From assembly GCA_036276175.1 (NCBI GenBank), contig DATBEH010000040.1, positions 1,935-65,934 of the forward strand: a stretch of 64,000 nt of DNA, written 5' to 3'. This document shows positions 41,349 to 51,310 of this stretch, one piece after another (position 1 is the first letter of the stretch; each line of letters opens with the position of its first letter). The notes beneath the pieces are model-generated. The model saw only the letters and a list, made by a program, of their open reading frames with translations. It made no database searches and was not told the DNA's origin. A program made the position numbers and the translations under genes. This DNA is from Lichenihabitans sp. Its GTDB lineage: Bacteria; Pseudomonadota; Alphaproteobacteria; Rhizobiales; Beijerinckiaceae.

Positions 41349-42779
41349 CTAGACGCCGCCGTCCGGCCCGACGAAGGCGATGCGGATCATGTTGGTGGCG
41401 CCGGGCGAGCCGAAGGGGACGCCGGCGACGACGATGACCCGCTCGCCCACCGCCGCGAAGCCTTCGCTCGAGGCGGCACGGCAGGCGCGCTCCGCCATGT
41501 CGTCGGCGTCATGCGCGTCCTCGGTCACATAGGCGTGGACGCCCCAGACGAGCGCCAGGCGCCGCGCCGTGTCGACGAGGGGCGTAAGCGCCATGATCGG
41601 GATTCGAGGCCGCTCGCGGGCGATGCGGATGCCGGTCGAGCCCGAGGCGGTCCAGGCCACGACCGCCTTGAGGTCGAGCGTCTCGGCGACGTCGCGCGTC
41701 GCGAAGGCGATGGCATCGGCGCCGGTCGGCTCGGGCGCCGTGCGCTGCGAGGCGATGATGCCGTCGAACAGCGGATCGCGTTCCACCTCCTCGGCGATCC
41801 GGTTCATCGTCGCCACGGCCTCGACCGGGAACTGGCCGGAGGCGCTCTCCGCCGAGAGCATGACCGCGTCGGCACCTTCGAAGACGGCGGTGGCGACGTC
41901 GGAGACCTCGGCGCGGGTCGGCACCGGCGAGGAGATCATCGATTCGAGCATCTGCGTCGCGACGATCACCGGCTTGCCGAGGCGGCGGGCGTTGCGGGTC
42001 ATGCGCTTCTGCAGGCCCGGCACCTTCTCGAGCGGCATCTCGACCCCGAGGTCGCCGCGCGCCACCATCAGCGCGTCCGAGATCTCCATGATCTCGTCGA
42101 GCCGCGCGATGGCCTGCGGCTTCTCGATCTTGGCCATGACCAGCGCCCGGCCGCGGGCGATCTTCTTGACCTCGGCGACATCGTCGGCGCGCTGCACGAA
42201 GGAGACGGCGATCCAGTCGACGCCCTCGTTCAGCGCCGCATCGAGGTCCGAGCGGTCCTTCGGCGTCATGGCCGCGACCGGGATCTCGGTATCGGGCAGG
42301 CTGACGCCCTTGCGATTCGAGATCCTTCCCGGGACGTCGACCGTCGTCACCGCGCGGTCGGGCGCCGCCTCCTCGACCACCAGCCTGACCTTGCCGTCGT
42401 CGATCAGCATGGCATGGCCGGGCCGCAGCGCCTGCAGGATCTCGGGATGCGGCAGGTGGACGCGCTCGGCATTGCCCGGCGCCGGATCGGCGTCGAGGAT
42501 GAAGCGCGCGCCCCGCGCCAGGGTGACGCCGCCCTCGGCGAACTGGCCGACACGGAGCTTGGGTCCCTGCAGGTCGACCAGGATGCCGATCGGCCGGCCG
42601 AAGTCCGGCTCGAGCGAGCGGATCATGCGGATGCGTTCGCGCATCGCATCGTGGGTGGCGTGGCTCATGTTGATGCGGAACACGTCGGCGCCGGCCTGGA
42701 ACAGCCTCGCCAGCATCGCCCGGTCGGCCGATGCGGGGCCAAGGGTCGCCAGGATCTTGACGCGACGCATTCTTCTCAT
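41349..42779 (-). CDS. pyk: Pyruvate kinase
   Basis: KILATLGPAS, FRINMSH, DLQGPKLR, MVARGDLGVE, ATQMLESM, MLSAESA; ATG at 42779. Confidence 0.97.
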   Translation of the reverse strand: MRRMRRVKILATLGPASADRAMLARLFQAGADVFRINMSHATHDAMRERIRMIRSLEPDFGRPIGILVDLQGPKLRVGQFAEGGVTLARGARFILDADPAPGNAERVHLPHPEILQALRPGHAMLIDDGKVRLVVEEAAPDRAVTTVDVPGRISNRKGVSLPDTEIPVAAMTPKDRSDLDAALNEGVDWIAVSFVQRADDVAEVKKIARGRALVMAKIEKPQAIARLDEIMEISDALMVARGDLGVEMPLEKVPGLQKRMTRNARRLGKPVIVATQMLESMISSPVPTRAEVSDVATAVFEGADAVMLSAESASGQFPVEAVATMNRIAEEVERDPLFDGIIASQRTAPEPTGADAIAFATRDVAETLDLKAVVAWTASGSTGIRIARERPRIPIMALTPLVDTARRLALVWGVHAYVTEDAHDADDMAERACRAASSEGFAAVGERVIVVAGVPFGSPGATNMIRIAFVGPDGGV

Positions 42780-42813
42780 CGTCAGCCCTCTCGCTCTGCG
42801 CCCAGTCTCGGCG

Positions 42814-43242
42814 TCACTGCGCCGCCGCGCCGGGCTTGGCCGGATCGGTGAGCTCGACAGTCCAGTTCTTGGCGTCCTTGCCGGTGTCGACCTCGAAGAA
42901 CCCCGTGCGATCGTAGCCGCGCACGAAGCAATCCTGCCGCCCGTCGATCTTGAACTCGCGGTCGCGGGTGCACATGAAGGCTTTGCCCTTCCACTCGCCG
43001 CCGCTCTCGTCCATGCCGTAGACGTAATAGAACTCCGCCGCAAGCGGGCCGCGCAGCAGAGTCTCGCAGGCGCTGGCCTTGAGATTCCACCAGCCTTCCG
43101 TCATCCAGGCCTGGCCGTTGGTATAGGCCAGCGCGATGGAGACGCGGCTCGCGGTATTGTTGCACAGGCGGAAGTCGGCGCGCGCCAGGCCGGGAAGCCC
43201 GACGATGGCGGCGACGCAGAGGATCGGGGTCAGGGGGCGCAT
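42814..43242 (-). CDS. DUF1036 family secreted protein
   Basis: Signal peptide, FRLCNNT...TEGWWN...C, GFFEVDTG..NWTVEL; conserved upstream neighbour of pyk. Confidence 0.88.
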   Translation of the reverse strand: MRPLTPILCVAAIVGLPGLARADFRLCNNTASRVSIALAYTNGQAWMTEGWWNLKASACETLLRGPLAAEFYYVYGMDESGGEWKGKAFMCTRDREFKIDGRQDCFVRGYDRTGFFEVDTGKDAKNWTVELTDPAKPGAAAQ

Positions 43243-43321
43243 GGCGGTGTCTTCGGCTCCGGATCGGGATCGCGCTGGATAGTCCGATGAAAGGACGGCA
43301 AGAAGGCCGAAATACCGCCGA

Positions 43322-44188
43322 TCATTCCGCGGTCCGCTCGCGCGGCCGCGCGATCCAGATCCCGGCCACGATGACGAGGCCGCCCACGGCCTGGACCGGC
43401 GTCACCGGCTCGCCGAGGACGATCCACGCGAAGACCGCCGCGGCGACGGCCTCGAGGAAGATGACCAGCGACGAAAAGGCGGCCGGGAGACGCCCGAGCG
43501 CCACCGACAGCAGGCCTTGCCCAGCCGAATGGCTGACGAAGGCCAATGCCGCCAGGATCGGCCAGCCGCTGGGAGAGTGTGGCAGGATGCGGGGCTCGAA
43601 GGCGAAGGCCACGCCGCCCAGGACGACGGCCGTGACCAGCGTGAGCTCGAAGGTGACGCGGGCCGCGCTGGCGCGCCCTCGCGCCGCCCGCACGGCCAGG
43701 AAATAGAGCCCGAAGAAGATCCCCGTGACGATGCCGAAGGCATCGCCGGGCAGGCGGCCCGGATCGAAGGCGAAGCTCTGCACGACCAAGGCCGCGCCCC
43801 CGCCGATGCAGAGCGCAAGCCCCGCCAGCACGGCGCGCTCGACCCGCTGGCCGAGCAGCAACCAGCCGAAGACGACGACCCAGATCGGCGCCGTGGTGGC
43901 GAAGAAGGTGGCGTTGGCGATCGTCGTGTGCCGCGCCGCGAGATGCCAGAAGAACAGGTCGCCGGCGAAGCTGAAGCCCGCCAGGATGGTCGGCAGGGTG
44001 AAGCGCGCCGCAGCCGCGCGCGCCGCGGGCGTCTCGGCCGCCCGCATCCAGGCCCAGAGCAGCGGCAGCGCCAGCGCGACGCGCCAGAAGGCGCTGGCGA
44101 AAGGCCCGACATCGCTCAGGCGCACCAGCGTCGGCGAGATGCTCATGGCGAGCGCCGCGCCGAGCAGGGCCGCGAAACCGGTCAGCAT
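43322..44188 (-). CDS. DMT/EamA family transporter
   Basis: Ten TM helices in two repeats, FWRVALA, GQGLL, EAVAAA; true start may lie upstream, for example TTG 44239. Confidence 0.88.
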   Translation of the reverse strand: MLTGFAALLGAALAMSISPTLVRLSDVGPFASAFWRVALALPLLWAWMRAAETPAARAAAARFTLPTILAGFSFAGDLFFWHLAARHTTIANATFFATTAPIWVVVFGWLLLGQRVERAVLAGLALCIGGGAALVVQSFAFDPGRLPGDAFGIVTGIFFGLYFLAVRAARGRASAARVTFELTLVTAVVLGGVAFAFEPRILPHSPSGWPILAALAFVSHSAGQGLLSVALGRLPAAFSSLVIFLEAVAAAVFAWIVLGEPVTPVQAVGGLVIVAGIWIARPRERTAE

Positions 44189-44379
44189 CTGCGGCGAGGG
44201 CGCGGCAAGCGCGCGGCGCGTGGCGAGGCTCGGGGTCAAGGACGGGCTCGGCAGAATGGGGAGGACGCGAGGAGGACGACAGCGACGGCCGGACCGCTGT
44301 CCGGAGCGCAAGGCGTGTCCCTGGCGGAGCGGCCCGCCGGTGACTATTGTCATGCGCGAGCTTCCCTTAGGCCGAATCG

Positions 44380-45261
44380 ATGCGCTTCAGCAATACCGAC
44401 TGTCCGTCGTCCGCGAGACCTGCCGCTTTCCCGCCCACGGCGGCGGACACGGTCGCGCCGGTGCGCGCCATCGATGGCCGTCCCGAGGCCGGCGTCCTGC
44501 TGCTCTGCGATCATGCCTCGAACGCCCTGCCGCCCGCCTACGGACGGCTCGGCCTGCCCGACGCGCAGTTCGACCGCCATATCGCCTACGACATCGGTGC
44601 CGCCACGGCGACGCAGGCCATGGCGGAGGCGCTCGGCGCGCCGGCGCTGATGACCACGTTCTCGCGCCTGCTGATCGACCCCAATCGCGGGGCCGACGAT
44701 CCGACGCTGGTGATGCGGCTTTCGGACGGCGCCATCGTGCCGGGCAACGCGCGCGTCGGCTCGGACGAGATCGAGCGCCGCCGCCGCCGCTTCTGGCAGC
44801 CCTACCACGACGCGATCGAAGCGAGGCTCACCGCCATGCTGGCGACCGGGATCGTGCCCGCCGTCGTCTCGGTCCACTCCTTCACGCCGATGTGGAAGGA
44901 TGTGCCGCGCCCCTGGCACGTGGGCCTCCTCTGGGACAACGATGCGCGGCTGGCCGCCCCGCTCCTCGCGGCGCTCGGTCGCGAGCCGGACCTGCAGCCG
45001 GCGGACGAGAAGGTCGGCGACAACGAGCCTTACGACGGTGCCCTGCCCGGCGACACGATGGACAGCCACGCCACCCGCCACGGTCTCGCCAATGTCTTGA
45101 TCGAAGTGCGTCAGGATCTGATGGCGAGCGAGCGCGCGGCGCGCGCCTGGGGCCTGCGGCTGGCGCGGCTCCTCGGACCGGTGCTGGAGCGGCCCGAGGT
45201 GCATGCGATCGAGATCCACCCGCCGCGGACCGGCGCCCGACGCCGCCTCGATGCGTTATGA
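44380..45261 (+). CDS. N-formylglutamate amidohydrolase family protein
   Basis: CDHASN, RHIAYDIG, SRLLIDPNR, PYH, SVHSFTP, NEPY, IEVRQDL. Confidence 0.9.
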   Translation: MRFSNTDCPSSARPAAFPPTAADTVAPVRAIDGRPEAGVLLLCDHASNALPPAYGRLGLPDAQFDRHIAYDIGAATATQAMAEALGAPALMTTFSRLLIDPNRGADDPTLVMRLSDGAIVPGNARVGSDEIERRRRRFWQPYHDAIEARLTAMLATGIVPAVVSVHSFTPMWKDVPRPWHVGLLWDNDARLAAPLLAALGREPDLQPADEKVGDNEPYDGALPGDTMDSHATRHGLANVLIEVRQDLMASERAARAWGLRLARLLGPVLERPEVHAIEIHPPRTGARRRLDAL

Positions 45262-45275
45262 AGGATGACAGGCCC

Positions 45276-45584
45276 ATGGATCTCGACACGGCGACCAGGA
45301 CCGAACTCGAGGCGGCGGTGTTCCGCCGGCTCGTCCAGCACCTGCGCACCCGCAGCGACGTGCAGAACATCGACCTCATGAACCTGGCCGGGTTCTGCCG
45401 CAATTGCCTCGGCAACTGGTATGCGGAGGCCGCCGCCGAGCGCGGCCTGACGATGAGCCGCGACGAAGGCCGCGAGGAGGTCTATGGCATGTCCTATGCC
45501 GAATGGAAGGAGCGCCATCAGCGTGAGGCCGCGCCTGAAAGCCTGGCGGCCTTCGAGGCGGCGGCCGCCAAGCCCGAAGGCTGA
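45276..45584 (+). CDS. DUF1244 family protein
   Basis: ELEAAVFRRL..HL..R.DVQNIDLMNLAGFCRNCL..W...YGMSY.EWK. Confidence 0.9.
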   Translation: MDLDTATRTELEAAVFRRLVQHLRTRSDVQNIDLMNLAGFCRNCLGNWYAEAAAERGLTMSRDEGREEVYGMSYAEWKERHQREAAPESLAAFEAAAAKPEG

Positions 45585-45596
45585 GGCGGACCCCTC

Positions 45597-46472
45597 TCAG
45601 GCGGCGCGCACCTCCGCGGCATAATCTTCGAGCATGGCGCGCGAGATGTTGCCGGGCCGGAACCGATAGGGGCCGATCTCCGACACCGGCGTCACTTCCG
45701 CGCCGGTGCCGCAGATGAAGCACTCGTTGAAGCCTTCGAGCTCCTCGGGCTGGATGCGCCGCTCGACGACGTCGATGCCGCGCCGCCTGGCGAGGTCGAT
45801 GACCGTGCGCCGCGTGATGCCGTCGAGGAAGCAGTCGGCGATCGGCGTATGCAGGGCCCCGTCCTGCGTGAAGAAGATGTTGGCGCCGGTGCATTCGGCG
45901 ACGCGGCCCTGCCAGTCGAGCATCAGCGCATCGGCATAGCCCTTGCGCTCCGCCTTGTGCTTGGAGATCGTGCAGATCATGTAGAGGCCGGCCGCCTTGG
46001 AGCGGCAGGGCGCCGTCTGCGGATCGGGACGGCGGTACTCGGCGATGTCGAGCCGGATGCCCTTCATCTTCTGCTCGAGGTCGAACATCGACGGCCATTC
46101 CCATGTCGCGATGGCGACATGGATCGTGGCGTTCTGCGCCGCCACCGCCATCATCTCGCTGCCGCGCCAGGCGACCGGGCGCACGTAGACGTCCCCGAGG
46201 CCGTTGGCCGCGACCACCTCGTCCTTGGCCTTGACGAGCGCGTCGACCGTATAGGGGATCTCGAAATCGAGGATCTCGGCGGAGCGGCGGAACCGCTCCG
46301 AATGCTCGGCGGACTTGAAGATCCTGCCGCCGTAGGCCCGCTCGCCCTCGAAGACGGAGCTGCCGTAATGCAGGCCGTGGCTCAGCACGTGCAGCCTGGC
46401 GTCCTTCCAGGGAACGAGCGTCCCGTCCACCCAGATCACGCCGTCGCGCTGGTCGAAGGGCAGGATGGACAT
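45597..46472 (-). CDS. ilvE: Branched-chain amino acid aminotransferase
   Basis: HGLHYGSSVFEG, SKAAGLYMI, ECTGANIF, LDGITR, GTGAEVTPV. Confidence 0.96.
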   Translation of the reverse strand: MSILPFDQRDGVIWVDGTLVPWKDARLHVLSHGLHYGSSVFEGERAYGGRIFKSAEHSERFRRSAEILDFEIPYTVDALVKAKDEVVAANGLGDVYVRPVAWRGSEMMAVAAQNATIHVAIATWEWPSMFDLEQKMKGIRLDIAEYRRPDPQTAPCRSKAAGLYMICTISKHKAERKGYADALMLDWQGRVAECTGANIFFTQDGALHTPIADCFLDGITRRTVIDLARRRGIDVVERRIQPEELEGFNECFICGTGAEVTPVSEIGPYRFRPGNISRAMLEDYAAEVRAA

Positions 46473-46592
46473 GACGGGCTCCCTTTCGGTTATCTTGGAT
46501 AGCCGGGACGGTGGAGCGCCGCGGCGAAAGCCGCATGCAGGCTGGTCCGGCCCGTCCGGTCGCGCGCAGGTTTAACCACGCGCCCCAAATCA

Positions 46593-46607
46593 GTCAACAT
46601 TACTGAC
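46593..46607. promoter_or_regulatory. GTCA-N7-TGAC palindrome, putative operator of the MarR protein
   Basis: GTCAACATTACTGAC in the divergent ilvE/MarR intergenic region. Confidence 0.45.
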
Positions 46608-46774
46608 CAAACCTCCAAGGCTCCGACCTCGGGATGAGCGGATGGTGTTGGCCGGACGCGCTAACCTGAATTCGGCGCCCCGCCAAATGCCAGGGTGGCC
46701 GGGCGGGTGACGCGCGCCCGGCGATATGCGAAAATCGCAAACGCAGACAGGGGGTCCTCTTGGCCGGACAGGCG

Positions 46775-47296
46775 ATGATGCTCGATCGGACCACAAGGCC
46801 CGCCGGCGAGGCCGAGCCGGCGCCCATGTTCGACCTGATCGAGCTTCTGTTCTTCGCCTACCGGGATTTCGTCGGCGACGCCGACCGCCTGCTCGAGGCC
46901 TACCGATTCGGACGGGCGCATCATCGCGTGCTCCACTTCGTCCATCGCCATCCCGGGCTGACCGTGGCCGAGCTCCTCGACATCCTGAAGATCACCAAGC
47001 AGAGCCTCAACCGGGTGATGAAGGACCTGATCGACGGCCATTTCGTGGCGGTCGAGGCAGGGGTCGACGACCGCCGTCGGCGCCTGCTCTATCCGACCCC
47101 CAAGGGCCATGCCCTGGCGCTCGATCTGGCGAGGCTGCAATCGGAGCGCTTCAGGCGCACGCTCGGCGACCTGCCGGCGGGCACGCGGGCGCATGCGGTC
47201 GACTTCCTGCTCGGCATGATCGACGCGAGCGAGCGCGCCAAGGTGATCGAGCTCGTCTGGGCCGGCGGCCCGACCGACCCGGGCAGCGCCCCATGA
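46775..47296 (+). CDS. petP: MarR family regulator (PetP-like)
   Basis: IELLFFAYRDF...FGRAHHRVLHF...LKITKQSLNRV..DRRRRLL; first gene of the MarR-OmpR-EnvZ operon. Confidence 0.85.
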   Translation: MMLDRTTRPAGEAEPAPMFDLIELLFFAYRDFVGDADRLLEAYRFGRAHHRVLHFVHRHPGLTVAELLDILKITKQSLNRVMKDLIDGHFVAVEAGVDDRRRRLLYPTPKGHALALDLARLQSERFRRTLGDLPAGTRAHAVDFLLGMIDASERAKVIELVWAGGPTDPGSAP

Positions 47297-48021
47297 GCGA
47301 GCCGCGCCGCGCCGAGCCCGAGGCCCATCCCCTGACCGACGACGCGGCCCATCTGCTCCTCGTCGACGACGACCGCCGCATCCGCGAGCTCCTGAGCCGC
47401 ATCCTCCAGCGCAGCGGCTACCGGGTGACGGTCGCCGGCGACGCCGCCGAGGCGCAGACCCATCTGCGCTCCTTCGCCTTCGACCTCCTGGTGCTCGACG
47501 TGATGATGCCGGGGGAGAGCGGCGTCGAGCTCGCCGCCGCGGTGCGCGAGACCTCCGACGTGCCGATCCTCATGCTGACCGCCCTGACCGAGGTCGAGGA
47601 CCGGGTGCGCGGCCTCGAGGCCGGCGCCGACGACTACCTGGCCAAGCCCTACGAGCCGCGCGAGCTCGTGCTGCGCATCGCCTCGATCCTGCGCCGGGCG
47701 ACGGCGCGGGTGCCGCGCGGCGAGGCGGCGACGGTGCGCTTCGGACCCTTCGCCTTCACGGCCGAACGTGGCGAGCTACGCCAGGGCGAGGAGGCGGTGC
47801 GGCTCACCGAGCGCGAGCGCGAGATGCTCCAGCTGCTCGTCGCGACCCCCAACGCCACCGTCTCGCGCGAGGCGCTCTGCGGCACCGGTGGCATCGCCAA
47901 CGAGCGCACCGTGGACGTGCAGGTCAACCGCCTGCGCCGCAAGATCGAGAGCGACCCGGCCAATCCGGCCTATCTGCAAACCGTCCGAGGGCTCGGCTAT
48001 CGGCTTCTTATCGACGCCTGA
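47293..48021 (+). CDS. OmpR-family response regulator (PetR-like)
   Basis: LLVDDD, LDVMMPGESG, GADDYL.KP, R.VDVQVNRLRRKIE.DP..P.YLQTVRG.GY. Confidence 0.95.
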   Translation: MSEPRRAEPEAHPLTDDAAHLLLVDDDRRIRELLSRILQRSGYRVTVAGDAAEAQTHLRSFAFDLLVLDVMMPGESGVELAAAVRETSDVPILMLTALTEVEDRVRGLEAGADDYLAKPYEPRELVLRIASILRRATARVPRGEAATVRFGPFAFTAERGELRQGEEAVRLTEREREMLQLLVATPNATVSREALCGTGGIANERTVDVQVNRLRRKIESDPANPAYLQTVRGLGYRLLIDA

Positions 48022-48091
48022 CGGGCGGGGGCGGCGCGCCGTGCTGCCGCCGCTCGCGCTGTTCCGGCCGCGCCGCTGGTGGGTGCGGGCG

Positions 48092-49402
48092 ATGCGCTTC
48101 ATCGCCGACCGGTTGCCGAAGCGCCTCTATTCGCGCGCCCTGCTGATCCTGGTGATCCCCATGGTGATCCTGCAATGCGTGATCGCCTATTTCTTCATGG
48201 AACGGCACTGGCAGTCGGTCACCTTCCGGCTGTCGCAGGCGCTGGTGCAGGACGTCTCGGCGCTGATCGACCTCCACCGCAGCTTGCCGCCGGGCGCCGA
48301 CGACGCGGTGCTGGAGCGCATCGGCTCCGACCGGCTCGGCCTCGACATCGATTTCCTGCCCAAGCAGTCGCTGCCGCCGGCGTTGCCGAAGCCGTTCTTC
48401 CTGCTGCTCGACCGGTCGTTGTCGAACGAGATCCGCAAGCAGATCGGCCTGCCCTTCTGGATCGATACCGTCGGGCGGTCGAACTTCATCGAGATCCGAG
48501 TCCAGCTCAACGATACGGTGCTGCGCGTCATCGCGCGCCGCAGCGCCGCCTACGCGTCGAACTCCTACATCTTCATTCTCTGGATGGTCGGCACCTCGGC
48601 CGTGCTGCTGGGAGTGGCGGTGCTGTTCCTGCGCAACCAGATCCGGCCGATCCTGCGCCTCGCGGTCGCGGCCGAGGACCTCGGCAAGGGCCGCTTCCGG
48701 GACTACCGGCCGAGCGGCGCGCTCGAGGTGCGGCGCGCCGGCTATGCGTTCCTCGAGATGAAGCGGCGCATCGAGCGCGCCATCGAGCAGCGCACCACCA
48801 TGCTCAACGGCGTCAGCCACGACCTGCGCACCATCCTGACCCGGTTCAAGCTGTCGCTCGAACTGCTCGACCAGGGCCAGGAAGGCGAGGCGATGCAAGG
48901 CGACGTCGACGAGATGGGGCGCATGCTCGAAGCCTATCTGGCCTTCGCGCGCGGCGACGGGGGCGAGAGCTCGGCGCTGACCGACATGCGGGCGCTGCTC
49001 GAACAGCTCAAGTCCGACGCCGAGCGCCACGGCCACGCGACGCGCATCGAGGTCGCGGGCGAGACGGCGGTGATCGTGCGGCCCGACGCCTTCAAGCGCT
49101 GCCTCGCCAACCTCGTCGGCAACGCGCAGCGCCACGGCAACAAGATCCAGCTCCAGGCGGCGCGCGACGGCCGCTTCCTCATCGTCCATGTCGACGACGA
49201 CGGACCCGGCATCCCGCCCGAAAAGCGCGAGGAGGTGTTCCGGCCCTTCTACCGGCTCGACGAGGCCCGCAACCAGGACCAGGGCGGCACCGGCCTCGGC
49301 CTCGCCATCGCGCGCGACATCGCGCGCTCGCACGGCGGCGACATCCAGCTCGGCGAGAGCCCGCTCGGCGGCCTGCGCGCCACGGTGCGCGTGCCGGTGT
49401 GA
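48092..49402 (+). CDS. EnvZ-like sensor histidine kinase
   Basis: Two TM helices, HAMP, GVSHDLRT H-box, NL..NA, DDDGPGIP, GTGLGL; start uncertain. Confidence 0.94.
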   Translation: MRFIADRLPKRLYSRALLILVIPMVILQCVIAYFFMERHWQSVTFRLSQALVQDVSALIDLHRSLPPGADDAVLERIGSDRLGLDIDFLPKQSLPPALPKPFFLLLDRSLSNEIRKQIGLPFWIDTVGRSNFIEIRVQLNDTVLRVIARRSAAYASNSYIFILWMVGTSAVLLGVAVLFLRNQIRPILRLAVAAEDLGKGRFRDYRPSGALEVRRAGYAFLEMKRRIERAIEQRTTMLNGVSHDLRTILTRFKLSLELLDQGQEGEAMQGDVDEMGRMLEAYLAFARGDGGESSALTDMRALLEQLKSDAERHGHATRIEVAGETAVIVRPDAFKRCLANLVGNAQRHGNKIQLQAARDGRFLIVHVDDDGPGIPPEKREEVFRPFYRLDEARNQDQGGTGLGLAIARDIARSHGGDIQLGESPLGGLRATVRVPV

Positions 49403-49533
49403 GGGGGTCCCGTTCACGGACCCTACTTGGACATTCGCATGTTCGGCTGCGAACGTCTGGTTGCACGGTAGCAGCGGCCACTCGGCTTGGTGCATAACTC
49501 AAGAATTACGCACGTTCGCACGGCTTAACGCGC

Positions 49534-50418
49534 TCAAGCGGGTTCGAGCAGACCGAAAGCCGAGACCAGACCGATCACCATAGCGCCAAGCACGATCTCG
49601 GTTATGGCGATGTCCCTTATGATGCGGGCGGCCGATCCTGAATGCGGGGCCAGCCGAGGCACGACGACATAGCGGTTGAGAAGAGCCAGGGCGACCATGG
49701 TCAGCACGAGGACGACCTTGATCGCGAGCAAGGCTTGGTAGGGCGAGGTCCAGTCTAGCGGCCATCGGCCCAGCACCAGTGCCGTATTGAGAATGCCGGT
49801 GGCGATCACGAGGGCTACCGCCCCGTGACCAGCCGCCGAAAACCGCCGCAGCGCCAATCCTGCCGCGCGATGGCTTTTCGGGTCGTCAAACGCCCGCAGG
49901 ATCGGCAGGAGGGGCACCAGCGCTCCGAACCATGCGCCGCCTGACAGCAGGTGCAGGCCATCGTTGAAACGGTGGGCCGCACCGAGCCATCCCTCACGCA
50001 TTACGGCATGACCGGTGAAGGTCAGCGCGATCAGAGCCAGCCCAGCTGCTGCCGCCGTTGCGATGCGCCGGGCCCGGACTGGCATCCAAAGTGTTGCGGC
50101 GAGCAGCACCGCCGCCCCGCCCTGGATTTGCCAGGCATGGCCGACACTGGTCTCGAACAGCACCGCCCGGAGCGTGACGGTATTCAGCGCGTCGTTCCAG
50201 CCGTCACCGATCATCGCGGTTTCGAGCGGGAGGGCCATGATCGTCGTGACGATCGCAAGAACGAGCGCACTGACCCGCAGGGTGTTCAGCCGCTCCGTGA
50301 CGTCAAGCGCCAGGTCTCGCGGCACCAGGGCCGCGAGATAGGCGAAGGCACCCCAAAGACCCAGCAGGGCCACGTCGTGAACGAAGCGGCCGATGCCCAG
50401 GGCTTCATCGGGCGTGAT
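49534..50418 (-). CDS. copD: CopD-family metal transport membrane protein
   Basis: TGHA..GWL..H..ND.LHLL.GGAW.GAL, RRFS..GH..VA.V..TG..N; frame extends to ATC at 50418 overlapping the copC stop; first canonical start is GTG 50373. Confidence 0.88.
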   Translation of the reverse strand: MTPDEALGIGRFVHDVALLGLWGAFAYLAALVPRDLALDVTERLNTLRVSALVLAIVTTIMALPLETAMIGDGWNDALNTVTLRAVLFETSVGHAWQIQGGAAVLLAATLWMPVRARRIATAAAAGLALIALTFTGHAVMREGWLGAAHRFNDGLHLLSGGAWFGALVPLLPILRAFDDPKSHRAAGLALRRFSAAGHGAVALVIATGILNTALVLGRWPLDWTSPYQALLAIKVVLVLTMVALALLNRYVVVPRLAPHSGSAARIIRDIAITEIVLGAMVIGLVSAFGLLEPA

Positions 50419-50789
50419 CAGGGCTTAACCGTGAATTTGTAACTGCCGCTGGTCTTGTGCCCATCGGTGGAGAGCGCGTGCCAGCTGACCGTATAGGTTC
50501 CGGCCGAAAGCGGCGCAGAGACCGGCACCACGAGCGTCGTGTCGCCGCCGGCGCCCAGGCTCGCGTCGCCGGTCGCGACAGCTTTCTTGCCGGGTCCCGT
50601 CACCTTGACGCCGGTGAACTTCAGGTTGAGACCTTCCGAAAACATGAGGTCGAGCTCGGAAGGAGCTGCCGCGACCGTTTCCCCCATGGGCGGAGTCGCC
50701 GACTTCAGATGCGCGTGAGCGAAGGCCTGGCCGGTCAGGGCGATGAAGCAGAGAGCCGCGAGACCGGACGTATGCGTAAGCGTTGTCAT
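50418..50789 (-). CDS. copC: CopC periplasmic copper-binding protein
   Basis: Signal peptide ...AFA-HAHLKSATP (N-terminal His), YTVSWHALSTDGHKTSG.Y.F.V. Confidence 0.94.
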   Translation of the reverse strand: MTTLTHTSGLAALCFIALTGQAFAHAHLKSATPPMGETVAAAPSELDLMFSEGLNLKFTGVKVTGPGKKAVATGDASLGAGGDTTLVVPVSAPLSAGTYTVSWHALSTDGHKTSGSYKFTVKP

Positions 50790-50882
50790 GATGAGATCCT
50801 CGAATATGCCGACCGGCACACCGACGTCATTCAAGCGCGTTGTGAGAGCGGTCGGACTGAAAAGGAATCGGGGCGTGTCAGA

Positions 50883-51257
50883 TCACGCCGCCGGAGGACC
50901 CTGAGATTGACGAGGCGTACGCAGGCGCGCAAGGAGGGGCACCCACGCGACAGCGGTCGTATGCCGCGCAAAATGCGTAACGGACACTGGCCCGGTGAGC
51001 GGCAGGGGGTCCGCCAGCACAACCGGGACCAGAAGGGCGCAGGCATCGCAGCAATCGTGATGTGACGGAGTGCCGGGCACCGACCTGTCGCCCGCACCCG
51101 TGTGGCAGATCGGCGCTGCAACGGCTCCGGCGCCGAAAGCGGGAGACCCGAAATCACACGCCATCGCGAGACTTCGTCCGGCGCCGGCCAGCGTCAGGAC
51201 GAGGATCAGGAACGAAGAGACGAGGTGCCGCAGCGTGACGGCCCGATGATCGGTCAC
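50883..51257 (-). CDS. DUF2946-like Cys/His metal-binding membrane protein
   Basis: N-terminal TM helix, ICH, HHDCCDAC, C-terminal RQSQGPP (RAPP-like); start uncertain. Confidence 0.75.
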   Translation of the reverse strand: MTDHRAVTLRHLVSSFLILVLTLAGAGRSLAMACDFGSPAFGAGAVAAPICHTGAGDRSVPGTPSHHDCCDACALLVPVVLADPLPLTGPVSVTHFARHTTAVAWVPLLARLRTPRQSQGPPAA

Positions 51258-51310
51258 GGCCGGAGACGAGACCAGCGGCACCTCTCTGTCAAGAGGCGCA
51301 GCGCCGCGGC

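Noticed and set aside
49404-49423. GGGTCC/GGACCC hairpin after envZ as part of a mobile-element end
   Set aside because: Position right after the envZ stop fits an ordinary terminator-like hairpin; it lacks a clear U-tract, so it is not called as a feature.
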